Below, piece after piece: positions 1-11,310 of a stretch of 64,000 nt of DNA. A program made the position numbers and the translations under genes. A model generated the notes under the pieces. It ran no database searches. It was not told the DNA's origin and saw nothing but the letters and a program-made list of their open reading frames with translations. This DNA is from Dipteris shenzhenensis (taxonomy: Eukaryota): the NCBI GenBank assembly GCA_047967505.1, contig CM106538.1, one strand, 5' to 3'. The stretch's first letter is position 1. Every line of letters starts with the position of its first letter.

Positions 1-3000
1 GACTTCAACAATCTGGAGACTTTGGAGGACCAGCAGGGTAGAGGACCAGAGTTTACAAGTATAGCTTAGGCAGAGCAATCCGCTTGGGACTCCTTTATCT
101 TCATGACAGGAGGTAGGGACAGCTGGAGAGACCCGTCCTTCCGCCGATGGCATGGGAGCTTGGACTTCTTGTGGGGCTTCCGTAGGGAAGGAGGCAGACT
201 CCTGGAGAGACTGGACAGATTTTATGTCAGTGATTGGGCCATCAGCAGAGGTGGTCAAGTGGGTGTAGTGCCAGGGATGACACTCTCCGACCACGCGCCA
301 GTGCTCTTATCACTAGACTCGGCAGCTCAGTCCCTTCCTCCCCGTTCGTGCAGGATTCCTGATTCCATCTTCTCTAGGGAGGAGGTGCGCAATAGTATCG
401 GTAGCCTTTGGGACAGAGATTGGGGCAAGTGCGTGGATCTGGTAGAGTCAGTGGCGCAGGCTCTACAGGAGTCCACCCAGATTTGCCAGCTCGCAGCCCT
501 TCAGGTTTGCCAGGAGTGGTGGGGCAGAGAGAGAGCTCTTCGTAGGGACCTCGCCTCCATTCAGCGACTCCAGCAGGCAGCTCCAGGTTCGGAGGAGCTT
601 CGGATCCAGGCCCTTCGTGCCAGAGCCCTTCTTGAGGAGACTCTCCAGCGTCGCTCAGAGTTTTCTTATCACGCCTCCCTCTTCTACTGGGCTCAGAAGG
701 GCGACCGGATGAGCAAAGAGTTCTTCAGGACGCATGGCCAGAGGGCAGTAAGGTGACCAGCTTCGGAGTCTTAGGACAGTGGAGGGGCACATCGTTACCG
801 ACCAAGAAGAGGTCTTGGGGTTGGCTACCGACTTCTATAGGATTCTTTTCCAGTAGGAGCAGCTTGCCCCCCGTACTAGACGTTCCCGCGAGGAGGTGTG
901 GAGGCACATTCTAGCCCTTGTTCAGCCCAGCATGCAGACGACGTTGATGGCACCGTTCACCACTGTCGAGATGCAGGAGGCCTTGATGGCCATTGATGGG
1001 CAGAAATGCCCTGGCGAGGATGGGCTCTCTCGCGCTTTCTTCACCTCCTTCTAGGATCAGATCCATCAGCCCCTCCTAGCAGCCCTCCAGAGGATTTTCA
1101 GCAGCAGATATACGCTAGAGAGCCTCTCTTCGGGATTGATTTGCCTCATCCCGAAGGGAGGAGACCGACAGGAGATCCGTCAGTGGTGCCCGATCACTCT
1201 CCTCACCACTGCCTACAAAATCCTTGCCAAGATGATCAGCGCCAAAGTTTGGCCACTACTTCCTGACCTCATTCATGACACTCAGATAGGCTTTGTCCAG
1301 GATCGCAGTATCCTGGATAATGTCTTCACCTTCTCAGAGGTGACGGAGTGGGCTCAGCACAGCGGGTCGCACTTAGCCATCCTACTTCTTGACTTTGAGA
1401 AGGCCTATGATCGAGTGGACTGGTCCTTCTTGGAGGGTACTTTGGAGAGACTAGGATTCCCAGTAGGATGGATTCAGGGTATCTCAGCGTTATACAGGAC
1501 AGCTTCCAGCAGGGTCATCATCGGTGGCAAGATGGGAGAGCGATTTCGATTGGAGAGATCAGTGCGTCAGGGTTGCCCCCTCGCTCCTTACCTATTTCTC
1601 TTCTTCACCGAGGCGATGACATACTATCTTCGGGCGAGGTCGACAGGGATCCGGGGTGTTCGCCTTCCCATCAGGGAGGACACGGAGCTCCTAGACTCGG
1701 AGTATGCAGATGACACAGCGCTATATGTTCAAGATGATGAGATGATGCTGGAGAGAGTGAGGCTGGCCTTAGAGGTCTTCTGCTCAGCAGCCGGTGTGAA
1801 AATCAACTGGAATTAATCAGTTCGTTTTCTCACAAACCCTGGGGCATGCTCACAGTGGGGGAGGTTTTTGGGTTTCAGATGGATCCCGCGGGGGCAGACT
1901 GCTAGATATCTCGGCTTTCAGGTCGGCCTGGACATCACGCCAACTCAGCAGTTTCTCCCGGTGCTAGATTCCATTCGACGGAAGCTGGCTTTCTGGAGCA
2001 CTACTAAGCTCTCTCTTGTAGGTCGTGCTCTTGTAGCCAACCAAGTTCTCCTGGCCACGGCCTGGTATGTGGCCTCTTGTTGGTGCTTCTCAAGATCCTA
2101 CGTGGCACAGCTCAGAAAGATGGTCCGGAATTTCCCCTCATTCTTGCTATTTTCTTGACTTCTGGGGATGGTCTCAGAGATACCAGAGCCAGGGTAGCCT
2201 GGCAGACAGTCATTCTTCCGCAGGCTGAGGGTGGCTTGGGGGTCATTGATCCTGAGCTTCAGAGTCAGGCCCTGCTGGGCAAGTTAGTTATCTGCGGTTT
2301 GACCCCGGGGGGGCAAACGTGGAAGATGTTACTTCAGCAGGGGATCAGTTCTTGTGTCCCACACCAAGGTGGAGAGTGGCTACCGTCCCTCCGGTGGATC
2401 TTCACCTCTACACCGCTTACTCACCCCTGCTCCCCGCTCATTCGTAGCCTTCTCACGATTTGGAGGCGACTCCGTCTCAGTCTCCTCCAGTCCCCTCCTA
2501 GCAGTCAGGAGGAGATCGACCGCCAACCGCTCATCTGGAACGATCAGGTCAGAGATACCTTGGGCCTTCAGCTAGGGGAGAGGTCACATATCCCGTGGGA
2601 CGGCTGGATGCAAGGGCCAACCTGGTCCCTTCGAGTTTGGAGGGACACTTACAAACACTTGGAGACCATTGCTCTAGCAGCCACAGCCGGAGGTGTTCGT
2701 GGAGCTCAGGCGAGACGCACAGAGATAGACGGAGTGATTCCTACCGGTTGGTTGGTTCCACTCGAGATTCAAATCCTCATGCCTGGTGATGCTCGTTGGC
2801 TCTGACAGTTCACCCCCCGTGGCATCCCACTGGTGGTTGCAGGCCGGATGGACGACACCTTTGTATCCTTCGCAGTTTTGGGGGATGGCCGACTCAAGAG
2901 AGAGGGTGTGCTCATCGACCCCCTTCTCTTGTGGTAGAGGGTTCATGTCATAGGCCTCCTGGGGAAGGTTTGGCCGATCGATCCTAGTATAGAGCAGGAT

Positions 3001-3470
3001 CAGCTGCAGTTATGGCGACTCTCGCTTTGGGAGGGGCGGGCCCTGTCAGAGCTTGATTGGGACCCAGGTGAGTGGAGATGGCCGGAGGTTGTGGCAGGCC
3101 AGGGGCCGTCCCCTTTCTTCGCTTACAGCACGACATTGGGTAGGAGAGTTCTCGGGAGGATGCAAAGCCGCCCACCCACCCAGCGGCCCAGGTGGTATGC
3201 TCAGGGTATCTCCAGGCTATTTTTGCAGGCCTTCTGGAAGGCCTTGTGGGAGAGCTGGCGTCCGCGGAAGATTTCCTACTTCCTTTGGCTACTCGCCCAC
3301 AAGGGTCTTCTAGTGGGGAGTTGGTTGCGGCAGATTGGTCAGGATGGACTTTGTCAAATTTGCCATGAGGATGAGGAGTCACCAAAGCACTGCCTGTGGA
3401 GCTGCACTCGCGCCCAGAAAGTGTGGAGGTGGACCTTCGGGATCCTTACTCGCGCAGCACCAAAGTTAGG
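1..3470 (+). mobile_element. L1-clade LINE ORF2 (APE endonuclease C-terminus, RT, zf-RVT), frameshifted and with stops; runs off the window at the 5' end, cut at the 3' end
   Basis: ORF pieces contain ERLDRFYV and LSDHAPV (endonuclease), LLDFEKAYDRV, SVRQGCPLAP and EYADD (RT), and FLWLLAH..CQIC..ESPKHCLWSC (zf-RVT). The frame is broken several times. Confidence 0.93.
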
Positions 3471-3636
3471 TTTTTAATAATGTATTAGAGATTAATTTAT
3501 GATCGATTATAATGGCCTCAAGTATGAGGTTTCTAATATCTTTTTCCAACTCATCCAAGGAATATGGTATACATTGTTATATGAGAGCTTCAAATATGGC
3601 CCTTGCTAAAGATTAGGGAAACTCTTTTAAATTGAT

Positions 3637-5060
3637 TTAATTTCCATAATCCTCAAAAGAGAGTATGGCAACCCCCAAGTTTAAAGCTTTCATGTACTTT
3701 GAGTAGTCAAGCTTAAGAACAAGGGGGGTACTTTTACCCGTTGAGGCCTGCCTTTTGGAAGATCCTTCGAGGAGACCTGATCTCATCCTGTAGGTGATTT
3801 TGCTGAAGCAATTCCATAGAACCTTATTTGGGTAACCAAGAGATCTGAGGCATAAGTAAAACAAGATTCTAAGCCTCTTGTAGCCTTCAAACATGCTTTC
3901 CCTGATGACATAGCAGCGAAGTTCTTCGATGACGAAAGACTCTTTTTGGTCCCATCAGATGCCAAGAAGAGTAAGGAAGATATTGGTACTTGTTCAACTC
4001 TTTTTGGTAACAACTAGAAGAGAGCTTTCTTGTGAAAGAAAAATATGGTCCCTTGAAAAGTGAATGTCCAGAATATCAATGGAGGATGTAGAGTAGCATG
4101 GGGTAATTCTAATATGGTCCTGAAAATCTTTTCCATAATCTTCAAGGTATTTGTCCAAATCAAATGAAGATCCTACCCATAAGCGGAATGCATCATCCAT
4201 GTAGCACTTAGCACTTGTAATATAACAGGTAAATGCAACTCAAAGATTTCTTTCAGCAGAGTGATAGAGTCCTTGAGGTGTTGATTCTATTGAAGGAGAA
4301 TCAAAAAAGTTTATGGTGTAACCAAATAGAAGTATGCTCAAATACAAAACCATTGTAAGAGCAAATCAGTCTGCCTACCAAAGTGGGATTGTGGATCTTT
4401 AGGAGGAACTACAAGGCACAAACTCGAAAACCTGAACTAGACTTCAGGAGAATGTATCTGACCTCTTCTAATGAAAGGATCTTGGACTCTAAGCAAACCT
4501 GTTGCAACCAAAAAAATAGCTCCTCTAAGGGAACCTCCTGAATTGGTTCATAGATTGCTGCATCTGTCAATTGCCTTTCTCCCTCTTTGAGATACCAAGA
4601 CTTATCTAAGATGGCTAGATTGAGATTTTTGTCAGCTAGTTTGATAACAATATCTGGGTTATTCTGCAATCTTTTGAGAGCCATTCTCAAGGCACGAGGA
4701 AGGTGGCATTTGGAGAGATTGGAGCAATGGGAGATAGACTCGTTGGGAGAAGCTGTCTACTGATGGTGATAATATCTTCAAGAGGTTGGAAAGTTTCTCA
4801 AGGGTTCTAATTAGGATTGGGTACTCTAAAGAGTGGAGTAGGCCTATCCGGATTGGAGCGAGAAAACCATTGAAGGCACATTTGTCTCACAAAAACATCA
4901 AAGTCTACAAAAGGCTGAGTTGGTTCTAGAGGAGTGGACAGAGGGATGTAGCTCGAACCTAAACCCAAGAGTTTCTTCTCATGAAAGGAGAGATGTATCT
5001 AAGAGAGAGGTTATGGATCACAGTGTTGGAGATACAGCCATCAACCTCAGAAGGAGTCTT
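3637..5060 (-). mobile_element. Penelope-like element (PLE) reverse transcriptase remnant, internally deleted, no GIY-YIG seen
   Basis: Minus-strand motifs in PLE order: VIHNLS..LLGLGSSYIP; ALKRLQNNPDIVIKLADKNLNLAILDKSWYLKEGERQL; LLKIHNPTLVGRLICS; LKDS; CYMDDAFRLW; IDILDI; CYQKELNKYQYLPYSSWH; EELRCY..LFYLCLRSLGYP. Confidence 0.82.
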
Positions 5061-5421
5061 CCTAGAGAAAAGGAGAAGAGCATAATGTTCTAGATTTAGG
5101 AGAGGGAGCCAAAAGAGCCGCCTTAGTGGTGGGTGTTTTGGCCTCTTTCTCGATTGGTGGAGCAGAGTTGCTTCGTGCACCTGGTTGTTTCTGTCGTCTG
5201 CCCAAACCAAATTTCTGGGCATTTTGGTTTTTTTGTGGCAACAAAGGCTATGCATCTGAGGGGGTGAAAGGCTTCTCTCGAGCTTTGTCCCCTGTTGCTA
5301 TCGGTTTCCCTGCTAGTGTGCCTGTCGATTTCCTTGCAAGTTTCCTTGTCGGTCTCCTTGCGAGTTTCCCTATCGGTTTCCCTGTTGGTTCCCTTGTCGT
5401 CAGCCGGCACCCCATGCTGAT

Positions 5422-7270
5422 TTGCAGGTTCCTCTTCCAGCACAAAATGATCCCAATATTCATGATGTAGTGATTGAAGAAAGAGCTGTCAATAGACAGC
5501 GAAGGCAAGTTCCTAGATGGCTTCTTGACACATTGAGGGACAGCAAACAAGATCAACCTCTTGCTGCTTGGATAGGATCAAGGAATAGACATATGCATCA
5601 TCACTTTCTTGAGTTTGCACTCCTTGCTACAGCTTGCAATGAAGAGCCTTTGTGCCATAAAGATGCTTTTGACAGCAAAGAGTTAATGGATGCAATGAGA
5701 GCTAAGCTACAATCTATTGCCAAAAATGATACATGGGAATTAGTAGATCTTCCTACCGGTAAGTATGCCATTGGTACCCGGTGGGTCTACAAATTCAAAA
5801 GGAAATCTAAAGGCAGCATAGATCGACACAAAGCCTGTCTTGTTGCAAAAGGGTATGCCCAACAACAAGGCATTGACTTTGAGGAGACCTTTGCTCCCAC
5901 TTCTAGGATTACTACTATTAGATGTGTCATTGCCATTGCAACCCATCACCATTGGCAAGTGCACCAGCTTGACATCAAGACTGCCTTTCTTCATGGGGAT
6001 TTGCAGGAAGAAGTTTATGTGACACAACCTCTTGTCTTTGAGGTTGTTGGCTCTAAAAACAAGGTATGTCGGCTGCGAAAAGCCCTTTATGGTTTGAAGA
6101 AGGCACCCCAGGCAAGGTATGTTAAAATTCATGCACACTTACTATCCCATGGTTTTCAAAATAGCCCCATAGAGCCCACTCTTTATGTATGTAGGAGTGG
6201 ATTTGATTTTTTAGTGCTGATTTTATATGTGGATGACATGTTGATCATGGGCCCTGATACTTTGCATATTGTAGCTTTTAAGGCTGATTTGCAGCAAGCT
6301 CTTGAAATGTCAGACATGGGACAGCTGCACTATTATTTGGGCATTCAGTTTGCTCATGTTGAGGGGGGTATCATGATGTCACAGTCCAAGTATATTGGAT
6401 AGCTCCTTGATCATTTTCAGTGATTGCAAGCCAATCTCTACTCCAGTGGACCCTAGCTTTAAATTTTCAGCTCATAATGGGAGCCCACCATGTGATATCA
6501 CTCTTTACTAACAGGCTGTTGGATGTCTCATCTACTTATGCCGCACCAGACCTGACTTATAGTATGCAGTATCCTAGCTTAGCAGGTTCATGCACATGCC
6601 CAGTTCACAGCATTGGCAAGCAGTGAAGAGAGTCTTCAGATACTTATGCCACACCGTACCTAACTTATAGTATGCAGTATCCCAGCTCAACAGGTTCATG
6701 CACATGCCCAGTTCATAGCATTGGCAGGCAGTGAAGAGAATCTTCAAATATCTCAAAGAGGCACTCAGGATTTAGCCCTCTTCTATGGTGATCAGGGTTC
6801 ACTTATCATGCATGCTTACATGGATAGTGACTGGGCAGGTTGTTCCGACACCAGAGTGTCACATACCGGAAATTGTTTTTTGCTTGGCAATTCATAAATC
6901 TCTTGGCTCAACAAAAAGCAAGCAACAGTTGCCACATCCAGCTGTGAGGCTAAGTACAGGACAGTAGCCTTCACCGCTACAGTAGAGAGTGTCTGGCTTC
7001 GACAGTTACTTATAGATCTTGGTATTCGCCAGACATCCTCCACTATGGTCTACACTGACAGCCAAAGTCCTTTGGCCATTGTGCGTAATCCAGTGTTTCA
7101 TGCGCATAACAAGCACATTGAAGTTCACTATCATTATGTTTGAGAGCAGTTGTCAGTAAGAGACATAAAGTTGTCCTACCTTCCCACAGAAGACAACATA
7201 GCAGATATGTTTACAAGGCACTTCCTCGTCCCAAGTTCAAAGTCTTTCGATAGGCTTTACACTTGGTTCC
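5422..7270 (+). mobile_element. Ty1/Copia RT-RNaseH fragment (decayed)
   Basis: NDTWELVDLP, KACLVAKGYAQQQGIDFEETFAP, HQLDIKTAFLHG and LYVDDM, followed by RNaseH remnants (NPVFHA..KHIEVHYHY). Stops and frameshifts are present. Confidence 0.93.
6533..6752 (+). repeat. 108-bp tandem duplication inside the Copia pol fragment
   Basis: tacttatgcc..gtcttcaga occurs at 6533 and again at 6641, with several substitutions. Confidence 0.85.
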
Positions 7271-7746
7271 CTTTGTTACATGCTCTGGAATACCTTGTAC
7301 ATTCATAGGTGGCTATATTCTTTTCGATGAACATGTGCCACCATGACCATAAAATACCAAGTATTTTGAGACGTTTCCAGAATACTTCAGCCCATGCCAT
7401 GGAGCGGGTTTGTAGGCCATCTTCTCCCGGTCATATTGATGCCCTCTAAGCCCTCGTATGTGCCATGTAGCTTTAGTTATTGGCACTTAGGTCACCTAGT
7501 ATTTTTAGTGTCTTATGACACCTAGTGCTAGTGGTACCACTGGGACACTAGGTCCTAGGGTTCTCTTTTATAGTACTTTGTACTTTCATTTTCATTATAC
7601 TAGTTAATGTGATGGCTTCCACTTCTTGCTCCACTCTTGTGCATCCTTTTACTTCCGTGAGCCTACATAAGTCCGTCATCTCGAACTCCTCAATGAGAAG
7701 TCTCTTGACTTGAGCAATCTTCTTTGTATGATCCCCTTTGGCACCA

Positions 7747-8333
7747 TGTTGGAAAGTAGAGGATAGAGTCACTCACTCCTCACACTCCCCAACACTCAAA
7801 GAGAGATAGAGAGAGGAGACAAAACTCAGATATATTCTTCCACAACAGTGGGCTGACAAAAGCTCAAGAGGTGAGCAACAACTAGCAAAGAGATGTTGAT
7901 ACAAAAGCTGAGTCTACTCCTCTCCCTGCACGCTTGCCCGAGTGCCGGCTGTCAGTCCTGGTGATGATGAGAAGCATGGGGGGGAGGGGGTTTATATAGG
8001 TGGGTAGTAAGCCCCTTGAACTGGCCGACTTTTCAGTCGGTTCCAATCTGCTGTACTGACTTCCAGAAGGGCCAAAATGGCCTTCCGGTCGGTTTCTAGG
8101 CTAGCCCTTTGGCCTATATAAGGCCCCATATGTTGGGCTTTTTTGGCCGCTACTGGCTGGTACACATATGCTGCAGATGCCCCCGCATGGGCCTGTGGTG
8201 CAGGCGCACTGTTCCACACAGGGTGCTGCTCTCAGACAGCAAGGTACTCTCAGCCCCCCATCCCCCTATAGTCTCCTGCCCCCTTGTCCCCTCAAATCGG
8301 GGGCTCACAGGTGGGGCAATGACATTTCTAACA
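7747..8333 (-). mobile_element. LTR of a Copia-type family (same family as 39938-40543)
   Basis: Termini TGTTGGAAA...TTTCTAACA. Similar to 39938-40543 at both ends and internally. On the minus strand it is followed by PBS-like TGGTGCCAAAG and a short Copia RT piece (GDHTKKIAQVKRLLIEEFEMTDL). No TSD. Confidence 0.75.
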
Positions 8334-8990
8334 GTTGATTGCAATTGCTCACCCACCCTACCACGTGGCATTCTGCCACTGGTCCCCAACCGTGTCTGCA
8401 ACACTGCTGCCACACTCTGCCCACTTACCAACCTGCAACCAAGCTGTTCCAGGCTGTTGCCGACCTGTCAGGTGGATCCCAGGAGGAGTACAGACATGCT
8501 ATGTAGGCATCTCTTTGTTGGGTAGTAACAGCTCTTCCACCCTCTGAATGGGCCCCTGGCTGGGCATCTTTCAGCCCCGCAGTCCCGAAAGATAGGAATA
8601 TTCACAGCCCTAATGAAGGGCTAACCAGCTCTGGTCAGTTTGATGGCATGTGTGGCCAGGAAGACTTTTGATTGCTATTCACATGGTAGCCCATGTGGCA
8701 GTCTCTCCCACTTCCCTTACATGTGCGTCAAGCCCCGTTGCACTCCTCATGTGGGGGCTCATAGGTGGGGCATTGACCCTGGACTTCTAACACCCCCTCT
8801 CAATGACACACCATGGTCAGGTACCTACTCTGTTAAAGACCTGCTCTATCAGCTCCCATGTAGAAGCATTCAGGAACAAGTAGAGGATCTCATCCACCAA
8901 CCTGCACCTCCAGTATCTCTCGGCTGCTATGGGATCTAGTCTGGAGCAATTGTATAGTCATTGGTCCAAGTCACAAACCTCCAGAGTCTT
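8334..8990 (-). mobile_element. Partial 3' LTR (starting at 8792) with PPT of a related LTR element
   Basis: Minus strand reads TTGAGAGGGGG (PPT) then TGTTAGAAG...GCCCCACCTATGAGCCCC, which resembles the start of the adjacent LTR. Confidence 0.5.
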
Positions 8991-9431
8991 CAAGATACCC
9001 AGGCACTAACATGAAGATATGTGGACCTTTTACTATGAAAAGGTGTGAGGTGTTTGGGGTTTTACATCCTGTTCGAAGTAGGATACTGGAAAATAGTTTC
9101 ACGTGGTTTGTTCTAAATTTCATCATAGAAGATGTTTAGATCAATAAGGCAGTTAATATAGGAGTGCAAAATAAGCCCTCCACAAAAGTATTTCATGAAC
9201 TAAGGTCTGCGTTCATGTCTTCTCTAATCCAAAAACAATGTAACAAAGTTCTTATTTTGATGTGCATGAATTTGCGAATGAAATGCCAGCACTGTTCAAG
9301 TTGATGGCTAAGGTAAGATTGCTGCCATATTTGTCAACCTCAGCTAAGCCCGCTTGGTTATTTTCTGTCGGTTGGTTAAGCAGAAAAAACATACCTCCGG
9401 TTACAAGACGAGTGATTTCCCTTTCTGCAGC

Positions 9432-10965
9432 TGTGGCGATGCGATTGCACGCTGCATGCTTCTGGAGGGAAGCCAAGAATGTACGTGGGAGAAGGAGCTT
9501 GGAGAGCAGAGAATATGACAATGCTGTAGGCCGGAGGTTCGTCAAGGGATCTGTTGCTTCGGGGAGCCTCTAAAGTTCAGAGGCCGTAGACAGGGAGAGG
9601 TCGTAATGGTGGAAGCAGTTGTGAGCTGGAAAAGGGATCGTAGGCTCGTAGCACAGGAGGTGGTGAGCTCAGAGGCAACGAGGAGATAGTCGGGGTGATA
9701 TGTGAGTCAGGGAGTATCTTGCGAGACGTGGGCTAGAGTGCATGGAGTCCATGAGGCCGTGATGACGGGAATTCTGCTTGCTGGCCATCTTCACGTAACA
9801 GGTGAGGAGGAGGAGAGCCATAAGCGGGGAGCTTCGTGAGCGCTGTGAAGGCGGCAAAAAGAGAGCTGCTGTGAAGAAGACGACAAAGGTGGAGCTCCAT
9901 GGTGACGAGCTAAATGGTACAGTCAGCGCTTACTGAAGTCTTGTGAAGACTTGGCTGTGAAATCGCTACTGTGTGGGCTGGGAGGATCACAGACGACGGG
10001 AGTTTAGTCGTGCATACACTGTGAATAGGAGACTAACATAGTGTGAAAGCCATAGTCTCATGTGTGCTCTATGAGAAAAAGAAGTTGCAGAGTAGCTATC
10101 GTCATATGGAAGGAGATGCGCAACGAAGGAAAGTGGTCCTTGTAGAGATGTAATCTGTGCATGAAGGAGAGAGCGATCGAAAAGGAATAGGATGCTGCCA
10201 TAGTAGAGATTGTGGGACATGGGCTGACCGCGCCTCTATCTGTAGAGGCCCGTGATAAGTTGGAGATTCCATTTCTAGCTTGGCAAGCGATGAACATTAA
10301 TCCATAACATGGGTTGGCTGAGCATAATGGCCAGTTTTTTTGTTGCAAGCTGAGTGGACAGTACGTTTTAGAAGATGAGTGCCAGTTTACATCGCCATTG
10401 CTTTGGGACATGGATGGACATAGAGCTTGGGTTGTGCATCTTGGTTGTGTGTTTGAGGGACTGAACCTCAAGGGGTGCCTTGATGACACATCTTAGAGGA
10501 GGAGCCCTGGTTGGTCATAAGGCTTCATCAATTGCTTGTGAACTATGATGCGGGAGCTTGACTCACCTCAACCTCAAAGAATTTTGAGGGGAGCTTGTGG
10601 ATTGCAAACAGCTTGTATATGAGATGTGTGAAGGCCTTATGTGGTTGTGCATAGCAAATAGTTGTGGTTGTGGTGTATGCTCACAGAGATGAAATTATGT
10701 TTCATGGGTCATTTATGTGTTTACTGAACTTGATTTCAGTTAGTAAGAGAGCTTGTCTTGAGCTGTGTAATTCACTGGGTTCTTTCTGAGTTTCTTAGCT
10801 TCCAGTGGAAATGTGACCAGAGTGTGACGTGTGTCCGAAGGTATGTGAAGAGACAATGATGTTGAATGGATGCCTTTTGCCTTGTGATTGCGTTGTCTGG
10901 GTGTTTTAAATGTGGATGAGGGTGGCTGTGAAGGCGGGTTAGGCTCTACTACTTTTGTCCATCCA
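9432..10965 (+). repeat. 5' LTR (1534 bp)
   Basis: TGTGGCGATG...CCATCCA. Repeated at an offset of 4792; the ORF track gives identical peptides from both copies. Confidence 0.92.
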
Positions 10966-11045
10966 CGTTTTGGTGCCTCAACGGAGGAAGTTCACTTCAG
11001 TTTACAAGATTGGAGGAGCAGGTGTTCTGAGACGTGTTGCAAGCA

Positions 11046-11234
11046 ATGGGGAGAAATCCACACATGAGAGTAATACAGTGTGAGTGGTGTGGAAAATGTG
11101 GTCACAGGAAGGACAGATGTATTGAAGTCCAGCTACGTGTGATCCGACTCCGAGCTAGAGTGCAGAGAGCTCTGAAAGTGCTTGCCCGTAGGAAAAAGAA
11201 TGCTCTTCGGATGCAGAGTGAGCTTCTTCAGTAG
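11046..11234 (+). CDS. Small basic CCHC zinc-knuckle ORF (62 aa) upstream of gag
   Basis: ATG at 11046. CEWCGKCGHRKDRC fits CX2CX4HX4C and is followed by an Arg/Lys-rich segment. Confidence 0.5.
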   Translation: MGRNPHMRVIQCEWCGKCGHRKDRCIEVQLRVIRLRARVQRALKVLARRKKNALRMQSELLQ

Positions 11235-11310
11235 TGTATTTGTTTTGTTGCCTTCCAGTTTTGTTGTGGTTGAGAAAGCCAGGGTGTGTGACAGTTGAAA
11301 GATTGTGAGG

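Noticed and set aside
3460-3620. TTAGGTTT and TTAGGG as telomeric repeats at the PLE 3' end
   Set aside because: Single imperfect units, expected by chance. The first can be read as L1 coding sequence.
5370-5405. CTGACGA...GAAA on the minus strand as a PLE hammerhead ribozyme
   Set aside because: The intervening sequence forms no stem II, and the GAAA belongs to the 12-bp repeats.
8990-9431. Flanks of the gag-only element (with 15758-16100) as one interrupted gene
   Set aside because: No continuous frame or recognisable domain could be established by eye.
9669-10496. Short ORFs inside the 1534-bp LTRs (also 14461-15288)
   Set aside because: No recognisable motifs. Their duplication simply reflects LTR identity.
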